Source of the DNA: a virus
Length of the DNA stretch: 64,000 bases
Strand: one strand, 5' to 3'
Virus record (IMG/VR): IMGVR_UViG_3300045988_168552
Part shown: positions 8,608 to 17,634 of the stretch, one piece after another
Layout: each line of letters begins with the position of its first letter
How positions within the stretch are numbered: position 1 is the first letter of the stretch
Notes under the pieces: model-generated
What the model saw: the letters and a program-made list of their open reading frames with translations, nothing else
Told to the model about the DNA's origin: nothing
The model's database searches: none
Position numbers and translations under genes: made by a program

Positions 8608-9297
8608 ATGAAAAGTAAATTGAAGTATTACGCCCAGGTTATCGCTGTTAACCTGTTGGCATTTTTGGTACCCGTTTTAGCCGTTGCCCTTATCTATGTT
8701 CTCGGCAAGTTGAAGAACATCTGTTCCCATCCTTGCATTCTGTCGCAGGAGATATACGATTGCTGCCTGGAGGCAACCATCGTGGTATTGGCTGGTTTCT
8801 CCGTAGGTTTTTGGCTTCTCTCCTGGGCTGATAGCTGGAGAAAGACAAAGCTTATGGCTTTAAAGTTAAGGCATCGATGTAAACGTGAAGAAGAAAAAAT
8901 AGCCTCTAAAATTTTTTTTGCTATGGGTGTAGATCCTGCAAAAGGTAGAGTAGAGCCTAAAGTGGATATGGCAGAGCAGAAGAATACGCCTGCGCTTGGC
9001 GATTCCGAGTTTGAGGATATTTCCGGATTGACGGTTAAAGAGATTTATCATCTCTATCACGGTCGTCAAGTTCTGATTACGGCTGGTAAGGCGAAGGGAA
9101 ATTTTCTCGGCCGTCTTGCTGGCTATGACAATGAAGGTTCTATTCTTTACATAGGTTTCACTCAATACTGCCTGGGTTCTTACTCCCTGGATGAAATAAA
9201 CGCTATGCGTGATACAAATCCAGAGGTTAGCTATGTAGAACCAGGATATAAAGGTTACGATTGCTATATCCCTAGTCTCATCCGTATTCATAAGTAA
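8608..9297 (+). CDS. membrane protein
   Basis: Start taken at the second in-frame ATG, just after the upstream stop (the track ORF starts at 8581). Hydrophobic helices at the N-terminus (VIAVNLLAFLVPVLAVALIYVL; ATIVVLAGFSVGFWLLSW). Confidence 0.6.
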   Translation: MKSKLKYYAQVIAVNLLAFLVPVLAVALIYVLGKLKNICSHPCILSQEIYDCCLEATIVVLAGFSVGFWLLSWADSWRKTKLMALKLRHRCKREEEKIASKIFFAMGVDPAKGRVEPKVDMAEQKNTPALGDSEFEDISGLTVKEIYHLYHGRQVLITAGKAKGNFLGRLAGYDNEGSILYIGFTQYCLGSYSLDEINAMRDTNPEVSYVEPGYKGYDCYIPSLIRIHK

Positions 9298-9315
9298 TGG
9301 TATAAAGCTTAGATT

Positions 9316-9579
9316 ATGACAACAGCAGAAGAGGCAAGAAGAAAAACCCTTAACGCCATCAAGGAGATATATGAAGACCAGCTCGAATTAGTAGATGCAA
9401 TCATCCGTCGTGCTTGTGATGATTTAAAGTATGAAGATACTGTAACGTTCGATAGTGATGAAGACAGAAGTAACGTAAGGTTATATCTTGATGAACTCGG
9501 TTATGAAACCTGGTGTGGGGTAGATGGTGAGTGTAAGTTGACTATCTCATGGCGACATGAAAGAAGTAATAAAAAATAG
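9316..9579 (+). CDS. hypothetical protein
   Basis: 87-aa ORF. No motif recognised. Confidence 0.55.
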   Translation: MTTAEEARRKTLNAIKEIYEDQLELVDAIIRRACDDLKYEDTVTFDSDEDRSNVRLYLDELGYETWCGVDGECKLTISWRHERSNKK

Positions 9580-9581
9580 TT

Positions 9582-10163
9582 ATGAAGAAGAATTATTTGT
9601 TTGACGTTGATGGCTTGCTGCAGGTGCTGCAAGCCATCAAGGAGGGGAAGCCGGTGGAGTTTCGCCTATTGGAGGAACCTGATTGGCGAGACTTCGACCC
9701 GGAGAATTGCGATATTGATACCGAGAACTGCAAGTACCGTATCAAGCCTCGTGAATATGGCAAGAATATCGGTACCACGCCTATCTCTCCCGAAGATTTA
9801 CAGGAGGATAGAATCTATCTTTTGAGAAGCGATATTGATGCCGGTACGATTAAGGGCTTTATTTGCGTAAAATATAATGAGTGGCGGGGAAGAAAGATTA
9901 TCACGCTGCATTTCTCTTGGAATAGCGATGGCGTTTGCTCTACGCTTTATGTAGGCGATCCTGATGTGGATTTTTGTTGCAGCGAGCGGTCTTCTGGCTT
10001 CGCTAACAATATTTGTCCTAACCTCGTGACGAATAACTTTGATAGTGTTTCCATCTATCACCCTTCTCTGGCGCAAGTTCAGATGTTAGAATCTAAACTG
10101 CGGGAAATAGGCTATGAGTTTAGTAATGGCAAAATGCAAAAGCTCAATGGAACCAAAGCGTAA
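9582..10163 (+). CDS. hypothetical two-module protein
   Basis: 193 aa. The N-terminal module is related to 1331..1744 and the C-terminal module to 3007..3477. Confidence 0.65.
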   Translation: MKKNYLFDVDGLLQVLQAIKEGKPVEFRLLEEPDWRDFDPENCDIDTENCKYRIKPREYGKNIGTTPISPEDLQEDRIYLLRSDIDAGTIKGFICVKYNEWRGRKIITLHFSWNSDGVCSTLYVGDPDVDFCCSERSSGFANNICPNLVTNNFDSVSIYHPSLAQVQMLESKLREIGYEFSNGKMQKLNGTKA

Positions 10164-10743
10164 ACAAACATCGCTCCTTACCAAGGAGCAGGTAACAGAG
10201 CAGCTTCTTCAGCAGCATTTGCGCGGCTGGAAATCGAACCCTAAGTTCATCGTAGAAAACTTTTATGTGTTCGGCTGGGAGAGTGATATGCTCATCAAGA
10301 CCCGAAGCGGATATTGGTATGAGGTGGAATGCAAAATATCCCTTGCTGATTTCAAGAACGATTTCACCCATAAGCGGCAGAAGCATGAATTGCTGAAGAA
10401 TGGAGATGAGAAACGTCGTCGCCCGAATTTCTTTTATTATTGCGTACCTTGGTACCTTAGTGCGAAAGTATATCCTCTCCTTCCTGATTATGCCGGGTTG
10501 ATTGTACTTAAAGCGGATGGTAAACTGAATGAGATAAAACAGGCACACTGTCTGCATCTGCAAAAGTACACCGATGAGGAACTGAAGCTATGCGATAAGT
10601 TTTATTATGCCTACCGCAACTGGAAAAAGTGTGTAGAGCGTAATCAGCCTACCGCAGAAATCAAGCGCCTGAAGGATGAGATTGCTTTCCTCAAGGCAGA
10701 ATACAAGGCAGTAGCCGGATGTGATATTAAAGACGCATTTTAA
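10114..10743 (+). CDS. PD-(D/E)XK nuclease-like protein (MmcB-like)
   Basis: GWESDMLIKTRSGYWYEVECKISLADFKNDF fits a D...(D/E)xK core as in MmcB-family proteins. The true start may be an internal ATG (10126 or 10147), because the 5' end overlaps the upstream gene. Confidence 0.5.
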   Translation: MSLVMAKCKSSMEPKRKQTSLLTKEQVTEQLLQQHLRGWKSNPKFIVENFYVFGWESDMLIKTRSGYWYEVECKISLADFKNDFTHKRQKHELLKNGDEKRRRPNFFYYCVPWYLSAKVYPLLPDYAGLIVLKADGKLNEIKQAHCLHLQKYTDEELKLCDKFYYAYRNWKKCVERNQPTAEIKRLKDEIAFLKAEYKAVAGCDIKDAF

Positions 10744-10764
10744 TGATTAAAAGATTTATAGATT

Positions 10765-11418
10765 ATGGAAAAGATTGAATTTACAAAGGAACAGATAGAA
10801 AAGATAGCTGAAGACATCAGTATTATCTGCTTTCGTTCTAACTCGGAGGCAAAGAAGTTTTTGCTTATGGAATATCCGAAGGTTAAGGATGTGCTCGGTA
10901 AATCCTGTATCTGGGATGAGCCTATCTATAATGAGGAACACCCCAAGGAAGTGAAAAGCGTGCTGCCTAGTTTTGAGGCAGTTCATACTTTCGGCTCATC
11001 GGCTTTATTCAAACCGACTCTCGCTGAGATTATCCAGGCTTGCCCTATCAACCTTCTTGGAAACTTTAACGCTGTCACCATTCATTACAATGGTTTTACA
11101 GAGGACGCTTCCAAGCATCAGAGTATCGTGACTCCTTACGTGATTTGTGAGAAGAAGAAGCCATTCGTTCCTTGTTTCAGCGACGAAGAGGGGAAGAAGC
11201 TACACCCTTCGCCATTGAAGATAGGCGACCTTGTTGGCACTATCATCGACGAGTTCTGCCAGGTAAGCATTGATGTTATCCAGCCCGATACCCGCAACCT
11301 TCAGACATTGTTTGATGGGCCGATGAATGAAGTTCCCGAGAAATACCTGGATAAGCATTTCCGCCCGATAGAGATTATCAAGGACAGCGAATATAAGATT
11401 CATTTAATCATTAACTAA
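10765..11418 (+). CDS. hypothetical protein
   Basis: 217-aa ORF. AGATTATGG start context. Confidence 0.6.
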   Translation: MEKIEFTKEQIEKIAEDISIICFRSNSEAKKFLLMEYPKVKDVLGKSCIWDEPIYNEEHPKEVKSVLPSFEAVHTFGSSALFKPTLAEIIQACPINLLGNFNAVTIHYNGFTEDASKHQSIVTPYVICEKKKPFVPCFSDEEGKKLHPSPLKIGDLVGTIIDEFCQVSIDVIQPDTRNLQTLFDGPMNEVPEKYLDKHFRPIEIIKDSEYKIHLIIN

Positions 11419-11438
11419 GCTTTCTAAAGCAATAGATT

Positions 11439-12035
11439 ATGTTTGAGATATACGTTAAAATGAAGAGAAAAAAGTGCTGGGAACTTGCTATAGAGGTTCC
11501 CAACGCTTGTGGTGGGATGCCTCATCTTTGGATGTATTTGGAAAAGAAATACCTTCCATCTTACGTACCGGTAGGAGCTGATGGAAAACCGCTGGAGCTG
11601 GACTGGGTGAAGGAAAAACAGACAAAAGGTGAATATGTAAGCCGCTGGATCTGTGCTTCATCCAAAAAGGAGATCGAGGATTTACAGAAAGATTTCCGCT
11701 TAACTTATGAGGAAATGATGGTATTCAGATCTACCTTTGATTTTGCAAAGGTTCTAGGCGAAGATATACCAGTTTATCTTGAATGCTTAAAGGTTGTCGC
11801 TGACGAGTGTGGAGGTATATATCCACAACAATACGAAAAGTTGAGTGCCTTTATTAAGGTTCACAGCATAAATGACATAGAGGCGATCGCTTTCAACCAG
11901 ACAAGCGTAAACTGCGCCTGTGATTTCTTTGGCAACAGATACAATGAGCCAACAGATAACTTCTGGGACTGCATGTGTCCAAAGGATTTTTATGACAATC
12001 TTAGAAAAGATTGTGATACTAAAGACGCATTTTAA
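11439..12035 (+). CDS. hypothetical protein
   Basis: 198 aa. Its last 8 codons plus stop and flank repeat the 3' end of 10114..10743. Confidence 0.6.
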   Translation: MFEIYVKMKRKKCWELAIEVPNACGGMPHLWMYLEKKYLPSYVPVGADGKPLELDWVKEKQTKGEYVSRWICASSKKEIEDLQKDFRLTYEEMMVFRSTFDFAKVLGEDIPVYLECLKVVADECGGIYPQQYEKLSAFIKVHSINDIEAIAFNQTSVNCACDFFGNRYNEPTDNFWDCMCPKDFYDNLRKDCDTKDAF

Positions 12036-12059
12036 TGATTTTAAATAGATATAAAATTT

Positions 12060-13277
12060 ATGAGTTTATACACAAAAGAAGAAAAGAAAAAATCCCTTTG
12101 GCATCCTATTACCGATGAGGATTTTGATATTGACTTCAGTAAGCCGTTTATCGTTTGCTGCGATGATGCTTCTCTCTTCATCGTGAAAGATTTTGCAGAT
12201 ATGTTTAACTATCTGGATGAAGACCGATTCTACGATGTCAAGGCGCAAACCTTGTCTGAAGAAGGCAAGGAGGAATTTCGAGAAGACTATTATGGATATA
12301 TGTATCTTGACGAGGATTTCTACCATGCGATAGATTGGGCGAAGGGCGAGTGTATCGAGGACGTGAAAGGCGATCGAGAGAGGCCTGAATTGTTCGTAAT
12401 GTATGAATCGGGTCCAAAGGTGTTTGACCGTTTCGATTTCGGTCCGAGCGGTACTCCGGCATACGGTGGTGCGCCGTTACTGCGCAGAGATTTCGCTGCA
12501 AACTATCCCGAATTATATCACGTAGAATATATCGTTAACTTAGATCGGGTCTCAGAAACTCAACTCAGTGCTCTCTTTAGAGCGTCTCTTGATAAGCCTA
12601 AAACCGCTTATGTGGTAACATCGGGCGAGTATAGCGACTACCGCGTCGATGGAGTATTTTCTGATAAAGAGAAGGCAGATTCGTTCGTTACTAAAGCCGA
12701 GGATAGAACTATTGAAACATATAATATTGATGACGAGGAGCAGCTTCGAGAGGAATGCTGGTATGAAATTAATATTAGTATATATAAATCTTCAAAAGTA
12801 ATGGGAGTTTCCGTTCATGATCTGTGTCTGTCAGATAAGTATTTCGACGCAGTAAGGTTTACGCTTAGAGATGGCGTAAACGGTTATTTCTCCTTTTACC
12901 TGAAAGCTCTCAACCGTGATAAGGCAAAAGCAATAGCTTTGGAGCGTTTCCATGCTCTCTTGGCAGTAGAGTCCTCTCACTTTCCAATGCTAAGATGGAC
13001 GCGTGTCAGAAAACCTTGTTATGGTTCTGAAGATTTCCAAGAAGGTCTCGTATTTGGGTATTTCGATTATAAGGCTTATTTCTATCCAAGTAATAGAATG
13101 GAGCGAACACAAGACCTGTTTATGGAGATTAAGTTTTCCTTGCCTATTCCATTGACCGAAGAGGAGGAGAACAATATCGACTGGCAAAATCTCATAGAGT
13201 CCGTTTGTCTGCAGCTTATGAATAGTCATGGCTTGAAGATAGAATCAAGAAAAGATTTGCCTGCAGAATTTATTTGA
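12060..13277 (+). CDS. hypothetical protein
   Basis: 405-aa ORF. No motif recognised. Confidence 0.6.
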   Translation: MSLYTKEEKKKSLWHPITDEDFDIDFSKPFIVCCDDASLFIVKDFADMFNYLDEDRFYDVKAQTLSEEGKEEFREDYYGYMYLDEDFYHAIDWAKGECIEDVKGDRERPELFVMYESGPKVFDRFDFGPSGTPAYGGAPLLRRDFAANYPELYHVEYIVNLDRVSETQLSALFRASLDKPKTAYVVTSGEYSDYRVDGVFSDKEKADSFVTKAEDRTIETYNIDDEEQLREECWYEINISIYKSSKVMGVSVHDLCLSDKYFDAVRFTLRDGVNGYFSFYLKALNRDKAKAIALERFHALLAVESSHFPMLRWTRVRKPCYGSEDFQEGLVFGYFDYKAYFYPSNRMERTQDLFMEIKFSLPIPLTEEEENNIDWQNLIESVCLQLMNSHGLKIESRKDLPAEFI

Positions 13278-13315
13278 TTAGCAAGTAACTTTAAGAATTT
13301 ATAGAAAAAGAAGAT

Positions 13316-13678
13316 ATGATGATACAGATTCAAGATTGGGAATCTTCCCAGAAAATCATTGTCGTAGATGAAATCAATCACGGCACCGTACAGGTGGAGG
13401 TACCGAAGCCTGGACCCTACAAGGACGAGTATTACCAGTATGCCGATTGCGCTATCTATAACCTATGGGTAGATGAGAAGTACCGCAAACAGGGAACGGC
13501 TCGCCTCCTGATAGAGACCGCAGAGCGGGAAGCTAAGGAACTGGGCTGCAAATCGGTACAGCTGGAGTGGAACGATAAAGACACCGAGGTTTTCGTTCTC
13601 GCATGGTATAAACGTCTTGGCTATCATGTAAAGGGATTGAGTGAAAACGATCTGCTGTTGCTGGTAAAGAAACTCTAG
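13316..13678 (+). CDS. GNAT-family N-acetyltransferase
   Basis: 120 aa. LWVDEKYRKQGTARLLIETAEREAKELGCKSVQLEW...YKRLGY is GNAT motif A plus B. Confidence 0.85.
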   Translation: MMIQIQDWESSQKIIVVDEINHGTVQVEVPKPGPYKDEYYQYADCAIYNLWVDEKYRKQGTARLLIETAEREAKELGCKSVQLEWNDKDTEVFVLAWYKRLGYHVKGLSENDLLLLVKKL

Positions 13679-13750
13679 TTGCAATGTTGAATGTTGAACA
13701 TTGAAAAGCATTCAGCACTACTTTGTCCAACCCATTACAAGGAAAAGTAT

Positions 13751-13758
13751 TACCTTTG
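13751..13758 (+). promoter_or_regulatory. putative Bacteroidota -7 promoter box (TAnnTTTG) with no downstream CDS
   Basis: TACCTTTG in the intergenic region after the GNAT gene. The nearest plus-strand CDS is 4.9 kb away. Confidence 0.3.
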
Positions 13759-13971
13759 TAAATAGAAATGAATAAAGAAACTATTTCGTTCTAAATATTT
13801 AATGAGTTATTAGGTTATATGATTACTTAACTGCAAGGAGTTGCAGCGTTTTAGATTATTCATTATGATTATAAGGGCTTCTTCGCTGCGAAGCAGGGGA
13901 GCCTTTTCCCATTTACTTTTTAGATATTTCTTATATATATAGATAATGTATTAATTTCCAAAAACGCAGAA

Positions 13972-14006
13972 GGGCGGGTGTCGTGATGACATCCGCCCTT
14001 TTATCT
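13972..14006. terminator. bidirectional intrinsic terminator between convergent operons
   Basis: GGGCGGGTGTCgtgatGACATCCGCCC followed by TTTTATCTTT on plus. On minus the same stem is followed by a T-run after CTTCTGCG. Confidence 0.7.
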
Positions 14007-16007
14007 TTAAACGTTCCTTCCGTCCGGAAGCACGAACCAGCCGATATTTCCTCGCCAGAATTTGCATCCCATATATAGCGAGTCGAAGGCATCGGTGAAG
14101 TCAGTACGCTGCTGCAACGGCAGGTTGTCTTCCGTTTCCGGTTTCTTCTCCTGACTCTTATCCTTTCTGAATCCCTGATAGCCGATGCTTACTTCACAGA
14201 GCTGCAAGGCTATAATCAGGTCGGGATTGTTAGGCTGATTGATACGAATAGCAGGATATTCTATGCCGGCAAGACCATTATTGATGATGCGATGCTTCAC
14301 CTCATGCTTTTCCGGCACACCCATATCTATCGCCGTCACGTTCCAGCCATTGCGCTCCAACTCTTTTATGACTGCCTGGTAGAATTTCTCATCGGTCAAA
14401 GCATACGATGCACCCTGCTTTGCGGTGGCATCGTAGTAGTAAACCACATCACGGTTCACGGCCCTCTTCGGAGCATAATAATGTGAGAAATCATCTACCA
14501 ACTCCCTCAGCTTGCGCTCGTTCTTTACATAGAAGCTCTTGATTACATTCACTGCCTCCACTCCGTCACGTTGATATACCTGACCTACCACCAACGTATT
14601 GATGTTGGCGTTATAGTCAAATGCGAGATAGAGAGGGAGGTCGTTCACGCAGTCGGCATCCATACGGCAGTCGTTTCTCTCGGACAGTTCCTTAAAGTCC
14701 GGCTGATAGCTTTCTGATGTAATCTTCTTGCCACCGATGATGCCCGTAGTCTTCTGAGTGCTCCAGTTGGCTTGCGAAAGGGGGTCTATCTCATCGCAGG
14801 TGTAACCGTGAACATGATCTATATCCAGGTTAGAATAGAAACCATCATTAGATTTTTTGATTTTCACGTTCAGGATGGAAACCATGAAGGTATAGTTAGG
14901 CAAATCTCGCTTCATCGTGCGGATATAGTCTTCCGTAAGCAAATCTACATTGTCGAGGGTAGAAGCACGCCTAACGAGGAATGCAGAACGGCGAAGCTCT
15001 CTCAGATAGTCGTCTCGAAACTTATCCGCCTTGTCAAACATCTGCATTTCCCACCATTCTTCTTCCGTAAACAGATATTCATAATCATAGATGAGTTCTG
15101 CATCCGCTGCATCCACCAGCTTATAGTTTACCGCCATATCCACCATGTTCTTGGTGAGCTGGTTGCCATGGTTAGGCAGAATCTTAAACTGCCCCTCGTG
15201 CTTAATCATCTTGAGGGCGATGGCACGTATCATCAATCTTAAATCAGGTGGCACGGCATGAGGGATATGCCCGGTCTTTTTGGCATTATAGATAAGGTCG
15301 TTGTAACGGATAATCTTGTTTGCATAGTCTTCCAACTGCTCCTGCACCCATCTGTAAGTCTTGCCTTGAAATTTACCTGATTCTATCGTAAGGTCAAGTT
15401 TCTCCTCCTCACGCTCCAGCCAACTGCCCTTGGTAGTAAGCGAAGCATCAGATAGGAATCTTGTCGATTTATAGAGCGGGTTGTAATCAGTAAAGTTGAG
15501 GTTACCCAAAGGGTGAGTCTGGCCTGATAACGCCGGCATCAACTCATCGGTTACTTTCTTATAAGGGAAGAATCTTGCCTCGTCACCTACCATCGCTGAA
15601 AAAGTGTAGCTGTTGGCACTTGCGGTCTGCGAGAGGGAGATGAGCACCCACTGGGCACCATTGGCAAACCAAATGATATTGTCATAGCTTTTCGGCTTAA
15701 AGATAGCCTCACGAGCGTGCTTCGGTGGTCGTCCCCAACCGAAATGAATGCCCTGCGTAAAGCCGAACATTCGTTCCATGGCAGCCATGGTACCAGGAAT
15801 AGTTTTGCCGAATCCCTGCTGTCGTGATACGGCTACCCAGGCTCCCAGCATACCGGGCATGGAGTTAGAAGCCATCCAGACGTAAGGAGCCACAAGACCA
15901 TCGGTTTTACCCACACGTCTTGCGGCAATCACCCTTTCATCCTTCGCAGCCATATACAGAGATTGCTGCTGGAATTTGGTTAGGTATATCAAATGTGGTT
16001 GTTGCAT
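14007..16007 (-). CDS. terL: terminase large subunit
   Basis: 666 aa. Walker A-like AARRVGKTDG, Walker B-like AMVGDEARF, C-terminal acidic nuclease-type motifs (LAFDYNANINTLVVGQ, VVYYYDATAKQG). Size typical of TerL. Confidence 0.8.
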   Translation of the reverse strand: MQQPHLIYLTKFQQQSLYMAAKDERVIAARRVGKTDGLVAPYVWMASNSMPGMLGAWVAVSRQQGFGKTIPGTMAAMERMFGFTQGIHFGWGRPPKHAREAIFKPKSYDNIIWFANGAQWVLISLSQTASANSYTFSAMVGDEARFFPYKKVTDELMPALSGQTHPLGNLNFTDYNPLYKSTRFLSDASLTTKGSWLEREEEKLDLTIESGKFQGKTYRWVQEQLEDYANKIIRYNDLIYNAKKTGHIPHAVPPDLRLMIRAIALKMIKHEGQFKILPNHGNQLTKNMVDMAVNYKLVDAADAELIYDYEYLFTEEEWWEMQMFDKADKFRDDYLRELRRSAFLVRRASTLDNVDLLTEDYIRTMKRDLPNYTFMVSILNVKIKKSNDGFYSNLDIDHVHGYTCDEIDPLSQANWSTQKTTGIIGGKKITSESYQPDFKELSERNDCRMDADCVNDLPLYLAFDYNANINTLVVGQVYQRDGVEAVNVIKSFYVKNERKLRELVDDFSHYYAPKRAVNRDVVYYYDATAKQGASYALTDEKFYQAVIKELERNGWNVTAIDMGVPEKHEVKHRIINNGLAGIEYPAIRINQPNNPDLIIALQLCEVSIGYQGFRKDKSQEKKPETEDNLPLQQRTDFTDAFDSLYMGCKFWRGNIGWFVLPDGRNV

Positions 16008-16054
16008 ATTTTAAAATTTTGTTATCCTGAATGTATGTTGATTTAGCCGCGTCC

Positions 16055-16081
16055 TTGCGTCCGTTAGGCGTTCCTGCGGAT
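16055..16081 (+). repeat. 27-nt element, inverted partner at 26796..26822
   Basis: TTGCGTCCGTTAGGCGTTCCTGCGGAT. Its reverse complement occurs at 26796..26822 with 1 mismatch. Confidence 0.8.
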
Positions 16082-16089
16082 CATAGCAC

Positions 16090-16428
16090 CTATCCTTTGC
16101 AGTACTCCATCCTAAACTGTCTTGCAAGAAACTTATCGTTTTTGATAAGGTTTACGATTTCCTCCTCCGTATGACAGCCTTCCCAGAAGAGTTCGGTATG
16201 GTCTCCGTCCCTGTCTTCATCTACAGAGAAAGGCACACCGTAGTTGGTGTAGGTTTCTCCGTGATGTTGAACCAGGTGGCGACCTGGGCTTTTTCGGATG
16301 TTTTCTATCCAGACTTTATTATCACACTCGCACCATTTATTGTATTCTTCTCCTGTCAGGGTCATGTCAATACCGATAGGGTAGTGACCGGAACATCCAT
16401 TGGTTCCGAAATAAATAATCTTTGCCAT
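16090..16428 (-). CDS. hypothetical protein
   Basis: 112-aa ORF in the minus-strand terminase operon. Confidence 0.6.
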   Translation of the reverse strand: MAKIIYFGTNGCSGHYPIGIDMTLTGEEYNKWCECDNKVWIENIRKSPGRHLVQHHGETYTNYGVPFSVDEDRDGDHTELFWEGCHTEEEIVNLIKNDKFLARQFRMEYCKG

Positions 16429-16440
16429 AATTTCTCAGAT

Positions 16441-17382
16441 TTAAAATAGGCTCGGCTGCGCCAACTCTAATTTGATACGCTTGCAAGCCTTGTCGTAATA
16501 TTCTTTGTTCACCTCAAAGCCGATAAAATTCCTCTTTTCTCTGATGCAGGCGATGGCAGTAGTGCCGCTGCCCATGCAGTTATCGAGAACCAAATCACCT
16601 TCATTAGAATGCTTGGTTATGATTTTCCGAATCAAATCTACTGGCTTTTGGGTAGGGTGAAATCTATCCTTTTCATGGCAGATAGGGTAAGAATATACGC
16701 CATTATCGTACTCGCTTTTGAATATAGGAGACGAACCTTTTACGGCACAAACGGCAAATTCCTTGGCGTTCGTGAGATAGTTAATCTTACTATTAATAGG
16801 AACGGGGTTTGTCTTCTGCCACTCTATCAATCGTAGCTGATTAAAGCCCGCTTCCTCCATCGCTTCTTTTACGATATTGATTTTCCACAAATCGTAAAAG
16901 CAGACGATATATCCGCCATCCTTTAGACATCGATATGATTCCTTAATCATCTTTTTTATATCAAAAGCGTCAGGTTGGTCCCATTCCCCAAAATCAATGG
17001 ATATACGAAATCTGTCGGTGTCTTTTCCTGTTGGCTTAGACTTAGCATAGTTAGAATCCCGAGAAATTGCGTATGGCGGGTCGGTTATTATCAGCGAGAT
17101 TGAATCCTTGCCAATCTTCTTGATCCCCTTCAAGCAATCCTCATTGTATATCCTATTGCATTCCAGTAGGTCGTCACCATTTCCGTTCCAATAATCGGCA
17201 TAATCGTTAAACTTATCTTCTTCGGTTGGTTCCAAGCTAGTGAATGTGGTACCGCATCGGTCACAGCGATATGTATTTTCTACTCGACCATCTGGTACGT
17301 CGTTCTCTCCGCACCAAACAATACCCCCACCACAAGTAGGGCATTGAAGTGAAACGATTTCAAGTATTTTGTCTTTTGCCAT
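16441..17382 (-). CDS. DNA N6-adenine/N4-cytosine methyltransferase (beta class) with N-terminal zinc ribbon
   Basis: 313 aa. Catalytic IITDPPYAI precedes the SAM-binding VLDNCMGSGTTAIAC (motif IV before motif I). N-terminal CPTCGG...CDRCG. Confidence 0.9.
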   Translation of the reverse strand: MAKDKILEIVSLQCPTCGGGIVWCGENDVPDGRVENTYRCDRCGTTFTSLEPTEEDKFNDYADYWNGNGDDLLECNRIYNEDCLKGIKKIGKDSISLIITDPPYAISRDSNYAKSKPTGKDTDRFRISIDFGEWDQPDAFDIKKMIKESYRCLKDGGYIVCFYDLWKINIVKEAMEEAGFNQLRLIEWQKTNPVPINSKINYLTNAKEFAVCAVKGSSPIFKSEYDNGVYSYPICHEKDRFHPTQKPVDLIRKIITKHSNEGDLVLDNCMGSGTTAIACIREKRNFIGFEVNKEYYDKACKRIKLELAQPSLF

Positions 17383-17394
17383 AAAGCCTATTAA

Positions 17395-17634
17395 CTATAA
17401 ATTATTAACTCTTAACTTTCCCACATGCCATTTCGAGCAAACCTTGCACTGATAAGCCGTATATCCGGCAGCCATGATTTTAGGGTGCAGCTTCAGAAAC
17501 TCGCAGGCTTCATCCTCACTCTCGTAGGCAACCTTGGCTTTCCAGCCGTGGCTGCTTTTTCTCGTCCAGTGTTCCGGATCAGGACGGAAGGGAGGTATCT
17601 TGTTGGGATGATGATTTCCGTATCGCTTACTCAT
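17395..17634 (-). CDS. small hypothetical protein
   Basis: 79 aa. C-terminal YQCKVCSKWHVG. Confidence 0.5.
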   Translation of the reverse strand: MSKRYGNHHPNKIPPFRPDPEHWTRKSSHGWKAKVAYESEDEACEFLKLHPKIMAAGYTAYQCKVCSKWHVGKLRVNNL

